Of a stretch of 64,000 bases of DNA, positions 49,061-60,022 are shown in pieces. The position numbers and the translations under genes were made by a program. The DNA is taken from NCBI GenBank assembly GCA_964016885.1, contig OZ024757.1, positions 34,224,001-34,288,000 of the forward strand, in the 5' to 3' direction. A model generated the notes under the pieces. The model was given only the letters and a program-made list of their open reading frames with translations. It was not told the DNA's origin and searched no databases. The first letter of the stretch is position 1; each line of letters opens with the position of its first letter. This DNA comes from Eledone cirrhosa. Taxonomy: Eukaryota.

Positions 49061-51235
49061 TTATAATAACTTTTTTAGTGTGGTAGAGAGTTCCTCGTAA
49101 ACCAATTTCTCTCTGGTAGAAAGTTCATCACAATCGTCATTTTCTGTGGCAGAAAGTTTCTCGCAAACATTTCTTTCCGGGGTAGATAATACCTTGCTGT
49201 CCGATACTTCAGCATGTTCTCCAGTGGTAGAAACTTTCTCACAAACATTTCTTTCCGGGGTAGATAATACCTTGCTGTCCGATACTTCAGCATGTTCTCC
49301 AGTGGTAGAAACTTTCTCACAAGCGTTTCTTTCCGGGGTAGATAATACCTTGCAGTCTGATACTTCAGCATGTTCTCCAGTGATAGAAACTTTCTCACAA
49401 ACGTTTCTTTCCGGGGTAGATAATACCTTGCTGTCCGATACTTCAGCATGTTCTCCAGTGGTAGAAACTTTCTCACAAGCGTTTCTTTCCGGGGTAGATA
49501 ATACCTTGCTGTCCGATACTTCAGCATGTTCTCCAGTGGTAGAAACTTTCTCATAAACGTTTCTTTCCGGGGTAGATAATACCTTGCTATCCGATACTTC
49601 AGCATGTTCTCCAGTGGTAGAAACTTTCTCACAAGCGTTTCTTTCCGGGTTAGATAATACCTTGCTGTCCGATACTTCAGCATGTTCTCCAGTGGTAGAA
49701 ACTTTCTCATAAACGTTTCTTTCCGGGGTAGATAATACCTTGCTGTCCGATACTTCAGCATGTTCTCCAGTGGTAGAAACTTTCTCACAAGCGTTTCTTT
49801 CCGGGGTAGATAATACCTTGCTGTCCGATACTTCAGCATGTTCTCCAGTGGTAGAAACTTTCTCACAAGCGTTTCTTTCCGGGGTAGATAATACCTTGCC
49901 GTCCGATACTTCAGCATGTTCTCCAGTGGTAGAAACTTTCTCACAAACGTTTCTTTCCGGGGTAGATAATACCTTGCAGTCTGATACTTCAGCATGTTCT
50001 CCAGTGGTAGAAACTTTCTCACAAGCGTTTCTTTCCGGGGTAGATAATACCTTGCAGTCCGATACTTCAGCATGTTCTCCAGTGGTAGAAACTTTCTCAC
50101 AAGCGTTTCTTTCCGGGGTAGATAATACCTTGCAGTCTGATACTTCAGCATGTTCTCCAGTGGTAGAAACTTTCTCACAAGCGTTTCTTTCCGGGGTAGA
50201 TAATACCTTGCTGTCCGATACTTCAGCATGTTCTCCAGTGATAGAAACTTTCTCACAAGCGTTTCTTTCCAGGGTAGATAATACCTTGCTGTCCGATACT
50301 TCAGCATGTTCTCCAGTGGTAGAAACTTTCTCACAAGCGTTTCTTTCCGGGGTAGATAATACCTTGCTGTCCGATACTTCAGCATGTTCTCCAGTGGTAG
50401 AAACTTTCTCACAAGCGTTTCTTTCCGGGGTAGATAATACCTTGCTGTCCGATACTTCAGCATGTTCTCCAGTGGTAGAAACTTTCTCACAAGCGTTTCT
50501 TTCCGGGGTAGATAATACCTTGCTGTCCGATACTTCAGCATGTTCTCCAGTGGTAGAAACTTTCTCACAAGCGTTTCTTTCCGGGGTAGATAATACCTTG
50601 CTGTCAACGGATTTTTCCGGTATAGGGAATTCTTTGGAACCTTTTCTTCCGGCGGTGCTAAGTTCCTCGCCAGAATTTTCTTCAATTGTAGAAAGTTTAT
50701 CGCACGGGGTTTTATCCATGCTAAAAAAATCCTCTTCGCAAAAGTTTTTTTTTGTGGGAGAAAGTTCATTTCCAATGCTTTGTTCACGTGTAGAAAATTT
50801 CTCGCCAGAATTATTTTCACTAGTAGAACATTTTTCATCGCAAGAGTTTTGTTCACTGGTACAACATTCTTCCTCGCAAACGGTATCTTTCGTAGAAAGT
50901 TCCTTACAAATTTTGTAAATCCTAATTGCAGAATTTAAATTCAATTTTCTTTCTTTTTCACATTTTTGTAAAGTATGTTTTTGACGAATTTTGTGTATTT
51001 TACACTCCATATCGTAAATGTCGTTAAGAGAATTATAGATTTTACGTGCTGAAGGCGAATTATTTAATAATTCAATGTCCGTTCGCAATGGTGCTGTTTT
51101 TTCGAGTAAGAGCTTATTTTTATCCACAAGTTCTTGTTTCTGTTGGCGCAATCGCCCGTGAACATGAAGTAATATATTTAATTTACGCCGATAAGTTTGT
51201 ATTTCTGAAGAAATTTTCGAATTCTTCAGTTCCAT
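49061..51235 (-). CDS. Intronless orphan ORF (724 aa): basic coiled-coil-like N-terminus plus 26-aa tandem repeats
   Basis: ATG at 51235 in good context (ACAATGG); ~210 codons upstream of the homogeneous array stay open; AATAAA overlaps the stop and recurs at 49034-49039 on the - strand. No recognisable homolog. Confidence 0.6.
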   Translation of the reverse strand: MELKNSKISSEIQTYRRKLNILLHVHGRLRQQKQELVDKNKLLLEKTAPLRTDIELLNNSPSARKIYNSLNDIYDMECKIHKIRQKHTLQKCEKERKLNLNSAIRIYKICKELSTKDTVCEEECCTSEQNSCDEKCSTSENNSGEKFSTREQSIGNELSPTKKNFCEEDFFSMDKTPCDKLSTIEENSGEELSTAGRKGSKEFPIPEKSVDSKVLSTPERNACEKVSTTGEHAEVSDSKVLSTPERNACEKVSTTGEHAEVSDSKVLSTPERNACEKVSTTGEHAEVSDSKVLSTPERNACEKVSTTGEHAEVSDSKVLSTLERNACEKVSITGEHAEVSDSKVLSTPERNACEKVSTTGEHAEVSDCKVLSTPERNACEKVSTTGEHAEVSDCKVLSTPERNACEKVSTTGEHAEVSDCKVLSTPERNVCEKVSTTGEHAEVSDGKVLSTPERNACEKVSTTGEHAEVSDSKVLSTPERNACEKVSTTGEHAEVSDSKVLSTPERNVYEKVSTTGEHAEVSDSKVLSNPERNACEKVSTTGEHAEVSDSKVLSTPERNVYEKVSTTGEHAEVSDSKVLSTPERNACEKVSTTGEHAEVSDSKVLSTPERNVCEKVSITGEHAEVSDCKVLSTPERNACEKVSTTGEHAEVSDSKVLSTPERNVCEKVSTTGEHAEVSDSKVLSTPERNVCEKLSATENDDCDELSTREKLVYEELSTTLKKLL
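49160..50605 (-). repeat. 78-bp coding minisatellite, ~18.5 units (DSKVLSTPERNACEKVSTTGEHAEVS)
   Basis: ggtagataataccttg recurs every 78 nt (49181, 49259, ...). Confidence 0.97.
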
Positions 51236-52079
51236 TGTTCCAAAATGATACAAGTCTAGGAAAAATCAATTACAGATGTTCGTGTGGATTAGTAATGGCA
51301 CTTGTCGTGTTAGATCAATCCACGAACTATAAATTAAAGTAGGTTATATGTGAGTGGTGACTCGCGATCGTAAGGTTGTGAGTTCGATTGACGGCGGCGT
51401 GTGATGTGCTTGAGCAAAGCACTTTATTTCACGTTGCTCCAGTTCCACTCAAGAAGAAAAAACGAGCTGGGCTTGTAATTCAAAGGATCAGACTTTGTAA
51501 CCCACTGTGTCACACTGAATCTCCCTGAGAATTACGTTAAGGGTGCAAGTGTTCGTGGAACACTCACCCACTTTTGCACGTTAATTTCACAAGGCTGTTC
51601 CGTTGCTCGAACAAATGGAACACTCGACGTCGAAACCGATGCAGGTCCAACAGTAAGAAAGAAACAAGATCGAATAAAGTAAAATAGTTTAGAGTTCAGA
51701 AGAGTAAGTCAGTCCATAACGTTTAGGGCCTTGTCCTTCGTTACATGGCAGAGGAAAGAAAAGCGTGAGGGAAAAATCGAAAGCAGGGAGAGATCTGACA
51801 ACAAAGTGTGTATGTACAACTGTGTTGTGGTGAGAGATAATCTGTGTTTCGGGGTAATGTTTAATTTTCGATAAAGGGGATAATTGTGAAATTTTATCTC
51901 ACCTTATAGGTATTTCATAAGACAGAATCAGAGAAGAAACCCCACTTAATCAAGTGCTTTGGCCCTTAGGAAATAAATATATATCTAATATATTTATATA
52001 AATAAATACATGAATTTTGTATTTATTTGAGGTATTTCAAATATTTTATATAAATCGTAGTGTGTTATGGAATAACCCG

Positions 52080-52240
52080 AAAAAAGATTTAAACATTTCT
52101 TCTCAATACAGAAAATTGTTTACGGAAGTGGGTCTTTTTCATGATCTCCTTTTCTAGAGAGCTCTTAATGGAGGTTTCAACAGTTTTCTGAAATTAACTC
52201 TCAGTATATTTTAAAGACTAAAGCATTATTTGTGCGGTAA
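52080..52240 (+). promoter_or_regulatory. Putative BORCS5 promoter / non-coding first exon
   Basis: ETS-type CGGAAGTG at 52123-52130 and G|GTAAGG donor at 52237, in a CpG-retaining zone; the coding exon at 54578 has an acceptor, so an upstream exon is required. Confidence 0.35.
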
Positions 52241-54584
52241 GGCTTGGCTTCTTACTTCTAATAATATTAATGAAACTGTTTTTATTCATTTAAATTCTTA
52301 TTTGAGATTTATTTACTGCAAATATTGTCTATCATTCATTCTATTCCTCGTTTATTTATGACGACGCAAATCTATCTTCGTCTCATTTAATTTACTTTCA
52401 TATTTTATGAAATGTTTAAATAATCAGCAAATGTAGTTGGTTATGAAGGATATTTTACTGTGAGAGATATTTTGGTTCCGTAATTTTTATGTAAAAAAAT
52501 AATAAGTTTGATCATAATCTGTGTCATTGCATATTTGAACACGTAAACACAGGAATAAAACAGACAAATGTAGGAAGAACGAACAAAAATTGGTGTTTCT
52601 AATTTTCTCCACTGAATGTTATTATTCTTCTTTAAATTATTTATCCGTCACCAATCATTCTTAAATTGTGAAAATCCCTGATATTGTCTGTATTATCGAA
52701 CTCAAGATGTCCGCACCCCCTTTTTTTTCCATATACATTTACCGATTTTCGGTAAAACTGTTCCCTAAATTTCAGTATTGATAGCTTGCCTTACGGATGT
52801 ATCGGGTGATGCCCGCGAAGATGCTTGGCTATTTCAATGCCTTAGACTCGCTATCACCCCTGACGATGCTGCGAGCGTGTTGGCTTGCCTCAAAAATTAT
52901 TAGAGGGGCAACTCCTTCGCTTCTTCATGAGGCCTATGATTGAATGCGTAGATCTCTTGGGTCGGACGCCATGCTTTGACGCATAGAGTTACGGCCCTTG
53001 CCATTCTGAGTTCAAATCCCGTCGAGTTTAACTTTGCCTTTCATCCTTACGGGGTCGATAAAATAAAGTACTAATAATACACTGGGATAATTGCTGGCCT
53101 TGTGCCAAAAGTAGAAACAGTTATTATATAAGGGAGGTGGTTTGGCAGTATCGGTAGAGGGTCGGATGCCATGCTTTGCAGCATAGTTACGGCCCTTTAC
53201 AATCTGAGTTCAAATCCCGCCGAGGTTAACTTTGCCTTTCATCCTTACAGGGTTGATAAAGTAAAGCACCAGTAATGCACTGGAGGTAATTGCTGGCCTT
53301 GTGCTCAAAGTAAAAACAATTATTAGAGTGTCGGACGCCATGCTTCGTGGCATGTAGTTACGTCCCTTTACGTTCCGAGTTCAAATCCCGCCGAGGGATC
53401 GATAAAATAAAGTACCATTAAAGCACTGGAGTCGATTTAATCGACTTGCCCATCCCCAAAAATTGTTCAGCTTATACCTAAATTAGAAACAACTATTATT
53501 ATTGTATAAATTGCGTTTGTATGTATAATTACGTATAATAAATTAATCAAGACTACGTTACAATTTCGAACAGTGACATCGCTCTAAGTTTTGTAAGCAG
53601 TGTTGTCGTATGATTTATGTTCTGTGACAATGAACCCTTTAGCATTTACATTACTCTATATTTACTATTGTATTTCCATGATAAACACTTTATTTCACAT
53701 AATTATCTCGTACAATACCAAAGCTATGAGAGTTTGATATTATTTATCTTTAGAAGAATACCGTATGAGAGGCCGATTACAACCAGTTTGAACAGAAAGA
53801 GGTGAGGGAATTCTCGCCGGATACAGCCGGTTTAAATGCTAAAGGGTTAAAATGGTATATATATATATCCCCACCCTCAAATCAGTTTCTCCTTTTACAG
53901 GCTTCAATACAATAACTGTTATTTAGCTTCATGGTTCAATAAGACAAATAACTAAATCTGTAGCCATACTAAGCCTCAGAAAGTGAATGGCCTAGTTGTT
54001 TGGTTGTTGCTTCAATTCTTGGACTGGGCAACATTTTGTGATCTTGAGCAAGAGACCACATTTCACATTGTACTGGAGGTTGATTCTTCCTCACTTCCTC
54101 TTTATCACTTTTTCTCTCTTTCTCTCTCCTGCTCTGGAAGAAATCAGCTGTGTCCAAATCTGGAGAGAGAGATGAGCTCTGCCAGGTTCTGCCCTGATTG
54201 TATGAAAGAAAACCACCTTTTCCAAACAATTTCTATATAAATTTATATCTTCCAACACAATATTATACAAGAACCCTATTTTAAGTTATATTAGGAATGA
54301 AATAATAATTTGAGTAAATACTTCAAAATTCTGCATTTTCATTATAAATACTGTCACGAAAAGGTTAAATGCCCAAAACACGCTGTATGTCACTGTGGCA
54401 CCCCCATAACTCCACCAAGAGTTACAGACACCATATATATAAAATGATGATGATGATGATGATGGAGAGAGAGAGAGCATGGCATATCCCATCTTGTGAA
54501 TCACTGATGATATGTAAATTGTATTTATTATGTAATTTCATTATTTTTAAAATTATTTTTATCTCTCTGATTTTTAGAAACTGG

Positions 54585-54699
54585 ATGGGCTCTGAACAAA
54601 GCAGTCTTCCTGCAGGGGCCCCAGGCAGCAGTCTGCGATCCCAGCGTGATGAAGACATACCATATACAACATACTCAATAAGCAAACCTATTGATGGAG
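54585..54699 (+). CDS. BORCS5: BORCS5/myrlysin first coding exon (MGSEQSSLPAG...KPIDG)
   Basis: tttttag acceptor at 54577; myristoylation-type MGSEQS start identical to vertebrate BORCS5; phase-1 donor gtaatg. Confidence 0.88.
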
Positions 54700-56534
54700 G
54701 TAATGCAATTTTTTTTTTATTATTGTTTAATTTTTAGGGCAGTGGATTGGCAGTATCGGTAGAGCGTCAGACACCATGCTTTGCAGCATAGAGTTACGGC
54801 CCGTCTGAGTTCAAATCCTGCCGAGGTTAGCTTTGCCTTTCATCCTTATGGGGTTGATAAAATAAAGCACCAGTAATGCACTGGGGTCGATTTAATCGAC
54901 TTTCCCCCTCCCCTTCAAAGTAGAAATCATTATTGTTGTAATTTTTCTTTTTTAATATTGTTTGATTTCCATTTTATTTTATCTTCTGACCATGTCTCAA
55001 GCAGAGACCTGAGGCATGTATACATTAGATGGAGTTAAACTTCCTGAGAAGGTGAGCGGTTGATGTCAGCACAATTTTTTTGATCTTCGTAGATTGTTGG
55101 TTTCCCTGGGATCTGGTCAAAGAATTTGTCACTACCTTTCTTGATCATTCCTGGGCACCCACAAGAACAGGGATGATTTTGGTTTTTAATTGCCACATCC
55201 TAGATATCTCAATCTTAAGGTCCTTGTATTTAGATAGTTTCTCAAATTATTTTGCTGACATGTTTCTATCACTAAGCACCATCATATCAATTATTATTAT
55301 TATTATCATTATGTAAGTGCGATGCAGATCCAATCCCCTCGGCTTGTCAGGGAGGTTAGTAGCCCCTTTTCAGTATGGACTTGTTGGCAAGGAAAGTAGA
55401 CATTAAGTGATGATGATGGTGTTATTAACATAGAAGGTATCCCATACCCTAAACTGCTGGCCTTATGCCTAAATTAGAAATTTTATGTTGGGAGAAGAAA
55501 GATTTGTTTTCAGGTGGGTTTTCTATGCTTTTTTAATTCATTATTATTTTTACGCCATGCTTTCCAGCATAGTTACGTCCCTTTACGATCTGAGTTCAAA
55601 TCCCGCCGAGGTTGACTTTGCCTTTCATCCTTACGGGGTTGATAAAATAAAGTACCAGCAATGCACTGGGTAATTGCTGGCCTTGTGCCTAAATATTGAA
55701 ATAAAGCACCAGTAATGCGCTGGGGTCAATTTAATCGACTTTCCTCTCCACCAACCAGCTTAAGAAATGTGATGCGTTTTATAAATAATTCAGTGTTTTT
55801 ATTATAAAACCTGTTGTAATGCTGCCTTTCTTAATAGAGAAAAGGTTTGGTAGGTAAAAATGGAATGAGAGTTGGTTTAGATGCTTCCAAGTTACTTTGT
55901 GAATCTCCTCTCTATTGGGGCAATAAAAGAAATACCATAATACCAGTGATATACTGTGTTGAATAAAGAATCATATGCCACCCCTCTTTACATGAGATAG
56001 CTGGGTGGGACTTTTGTGACTAGCCAAACTATCTTCTAGTATGATTATTATATTGCTTAGTGGTTAGAACATTCGCCTTGCAATCAGAAGGTTTTTGAAT
56101 TCAATTCTCAGACCGGGTGATGAGTTGTATCCTTGAGCAAGACACTAAATATTTCACATTGTTCCAGTTCACTCAACTGTAGAAATGAGTTGCAACATCA
56201 CTGGTGCCAAGCTATATTGGCCATTGCTTTTCCCTTGGACATCATCGGTGGCATGGAGAGGGGAGACAGGTATGCTTGGCCGACTGCTGGTCTTCCACAA
56301 ACAACCTTGTTTGAACTTGAGCCTCGGAGGGAAACTTTCTAGGTGCAACTCCTATGGTTATTCATGACCAAAGGGGGTTTTTACAGTACCTTACATCTTT
56401 CCCTAAGAATTTATGTGAGTCACTTGGTTTAGATTGAAACATATTTTTTTTTATTAAACCCAACAAACAATCAGTTATAGAATTAATTTCATTATATCTG
56501 TAAAATGTATGTGTATTGGTGAATATTTTTTCAG

Positions 56535-56567
56535 TTCAAAAATCTCCTAGTTCTAGTGAAGTTGAAG
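56535..56567 (+). CDS. BORCS5: Candidate BORCS5 33-nt microexon (VQKSPSSSEVE)
   Basis: ttttttcag / G|gtaagc, symmetric phase 1-1, stop-free in the BORCS5 frame. Confidence 0.5.
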
Positions 56568-58313
56568 GTAAGCAAATATATTCAGACATTGGTACCAAAA
56601 AAATGTTTTTTTCAAATCCCTTTTGGATTGAATTTTAATCTTTTAATCTCCCTCGGCTGTGAATGTCTTGGAGTAGATAATTGAAGTAGTTCTCTCTGCT
56701 TTGGAACTCTCTTACAATCTCTCTCTCTCTCTCTCTCTCTGTCATATATATATATATGAATTCAAAACAAAGGGGTGCACAGACTAAGACATTGGAAAAT
56801 TCAGATGGGACTGTCCGTTTTTCCATTGTTTTTCCATTGTCTTTGTCCAGTGCACCTCCTTGCTTTGAATATGTATATATATATATATAAATAAATAAAT
56901 AAATAAAATCTACCTATCTCTTTCTCCTATTCTCTATCTATCTCATCCTCATTAGCATTATCTCTTACTCTACTGTAGATTCAGAACTTCTCTCTATAGC
57001 CTCTCTCAGCCTTGTTAAACCCTAAATCCACCAATATACCATTTCTCTCTTTACTCTATGACTGATATAACTTCTCTCTAGAGCCTCTTGCAGTCTTGTC
57101 CAACCCTAGACCCTACCAATAAATTATATCTCTCTACTCCATGAAAACCCTATAAGTGATACTATATACAACTATAAACCTACTATATAATACTTTAGTC
57201 TTAGAGTTTTTTCAGCAAAACTTTCTTTAAACCTCTTAGCATGTTCCTCTATTGGTAATATGGTTCTTTACACTCTACTAAAGCATTACCTTCAAAAGAT
57301 TTCCTATTCCTGTTTTGAACTGGAAGTTACTAACTACTAACTCTACTAATTTTTATTTTGCTATTTGAATGACTATTTATAAAATAATTTTAAATGATTG
57401 AAATCCCAAACAATACATATAAAAAAATTAAACATGTTTTATTCATAAATTTATCAATTTTGGTAGACTCATCAGTAAATATAAAATCTGTTTTGTTTTT
57501 TCAAGCCAAAAACCTTTTAGTGTTGGTTAATAGTTGAAGATTTATGATATCTTTATTCATCTTCATCTTTGCCTTCTTATTCCTGAGAAGGTCTTGGGGC
57601 CTGCAGAGTCCTCAGACATGGCTTCCCAGGGGTCCTATCAGAAGCAACTATCTTCAAATAATCCAGCAGGATCTCATGGTTGGAATCTCTAATGGAAAGA
57701 ATTCACCGGACAGATTTTACAGACAAATCCAACCGACAAGAGACCCAGAGGTAGACCACGAAGAAGATGGTTGGATTTTTGTTGAGGTTGACCAAGGTGG
57801 TTGGATTTTTGTTCAGGTTTATGATAATTGAGCTTCTATATGAACTATTTAGTACTTTAACAAAGTTCATACCAACCTACTACCTGTATTAAAATGTTAC
57901 TATTTAAGATGAAACTTTCCACCAACCAGCTTAGGAGATACCATGTATTTTATAAATAACTCAGTGTTTTTACTATAAAACCTGTTGTAATGCTGTAATG
58001 CTGCCTTTCTTAATAGAGAAATGGTTTGTGGGTAAAAATGGAATGAGAGTTGGTTTAGATGCTTCCAAGTTACTTTGTGAATCTCCTCTCTATTGGGGCA
58101 AGAAAAGAAATACCATAATACCAGTGATATACTGTGTTGAATAAAGAATCATATGCCACCCCTCTTTACAAAAAAATATAGAGGGGTGGAGTGTGGGTAT
58201 GAGATAGCTGGGTGGGTCTTTTATGACTAGCCAAACTATCTTCTAGTATGATTATTGCAATTTATTACCTTACATCTTTCACTAAGAATTTAGGTGAGAC
58301 CCTTGGTTTAGAT

Positions 58314-58650
58314 CAGAGGTTCTCAAAGTTGGTGCTGCCGCCCACCAGGGGGTGTTGAAAAGGTCCAGGGAGTCACTGAGGCCTAAGGGGGCAGTAAAGA
58401 TCATATAATAGTATATTAGATATCAAATGATACATATTACATATAAATATAGTAAAATAAAAATATATAATATTTATTTATACATAGTATACATTATATT
58501 ATTCATTACATATAAATTAATGATTTTATTTATTATATATTATTTATAATTTGCGTGTAGGCAGGTCTCTCTGGAAATAGGGGTGGGTATGGCTGAGAGT
58601 ATTACGTGGCCTTGAGGGGGTCGGTGGCCCAAAAAGTTTGAGAACCTCTG
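58314..58650. mobile_element. hAT (Charlie-like) MITE with 8-bp TSD
   Basis: TIR CAGAGGTTCTCAAA; GTTTAGAT on both sides; empty site in the paralogous copy at ~56427. Confidence 0.9.
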
Positions 58651-58758
58651 GTTTAGATTGAAACATTATACTGTTTATTAAACCCAACAAACAATCAGTT
58701 ATAGAATTAATTTAATCATATCTGTAAAATGTATGTGTATTGGTAAATATTTTTTCAG

Positions 58759-58788
58759 TTCCAAAATCTAGTTCTAGTGAAGTTGAAG
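58759..58788 (+). CDS. BORCS5: Candidate duplicated BORCS5 30-nt microexon (VPKSSSSEVE)
   Basis: Paralog of 56535-56567 with a 3-nt indel; tttttcag / G|gtaaac. Confidence 0.4.
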
Positions 58789-59822
58789 GTAAACATTGGT
58801 ACCAAAAAAAAAATGTTTTTTACAGATCCCTTTTAGATTGAATTTTATCTTTTAATCTTCCTTGTCTGTGAATGTATTGGAGTAGTTCTCTCTGCTTTGG
58901 AACTATCTTACAATCTCTCTTCTATATGTATATATAGTTTTTAAAAAATGCCCACATGGGTATGTCTTTCGAATATGAATTCAAGACAAGAGTGGTACAT
59001 ATGACTAAGGCATTGGGAAAATCAGAGATGTGATTGTCTGTTTTTCCTTTGTACCTCCTTGCTTTGAATATATATATATATATATATATCTGCCTCTCTC
59101 ATTCTCCCATTCTTTATCTATCTCATCCTCATTAGTATTAACTCTTACTCTACTGTAGATTCAAAACTTCTCTCTATAGCCCCTCTAAGTCTTGTTAAAC
59201 CCTAAACCCTACCAATACACCATTTCTCTTTCTACTCGATGGTGATATAACTGCTCTATAGAGTCTCTGTTTTGTTAAACCCTAAATTCTACCAATATAC
59301 CATTTATCTTTACTCCATGACTGTTACAAACCCCTATAAGTGATGCTATATAGTACTATAGTCTTACTATATAATACTTTAGTCTTAGTTTTTCAGCAAA
59401 ACTTTCTTTAAGCCTCTTAGCATGTTCCTCTATTGGTAATATGGTTCTTTACACTCTACTACAGCATTACCTTCAAAAGATTTCCTATTCCTGTTTTGAA
59501 CTGGAAGTTACTAACTACTAACTCTACTAATTTTAATTTTGACACTTGAATGAGTATTTATAAAATAATTTTAAATGATTGAAAGCCCCAAAAATGCATA
59601 TAAAAAAAAATTAAACATGTTTTATTCATAAATTTCTCTGTCTTAGACTCATCAGTAAATTTAAAATCTATTTTTTTTTCAAGCCCAGAACCTTTTAGCA
59701 TTTGTTAATGATTGAAGTTTGAACAAGCAGAGGCTTTAGTAGAAGTCATCCTAAAAGCTGTTAGAAGTTGAAGGAATAGATTATAAATTTTAGGTTATAT
59801 TTTATTTGTCCTCTTCTTGTAG

Positions 59823-60022
59823 TTGAGCTGATAGCAATGGAAACTTATGGTATTCTTGGCCACCAGACCACACCACTACTCACTGCTGTCAGAGCGGAGT
59901 TAGCTGCCTGCATGTGTCAGTCCCACAAGGTGGAGTGGCTGTTCCCGTACATCTCCCACGCCGTTCTCCGGGGCAATATCTTCCCCTTCCAGAACCATGA
60001 GGTGGACAACATATTAGGGTAG
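59823..60022 (+). mobile_element. CRE-like non-LTR restriction-like endonuclease C-terminal fragment
   Basis: ELIAMETYGILG...EWLF..ISHAVLRGN; homologous copy at 47395-47570 (-). Confidence 0.55.

Larger units (their letters stand above)
55748..59718 (+). repeat. Tandem segmental duplication (~1.8 kb x2: 55748-57540 and 57919-59718) in the BORCS5 intron
   Basis: Colinear similarity throughout, with independent TE insertions in each copy. Confidence 0.92.

Noticed and set aside
49160-50605. Regular repeat array as a possible CRISPR
   Set aside because: No unique spacers, eukaryotic context, no cas genes
49075-50918. Overlapping 593-aa (-) and 392-aa (+) ORFs across the 78-bp array
   Set aside because: Open mainly because the unit lacks stops in those frames; they have little unique sequence and the + frame is broken by TAA in variant units
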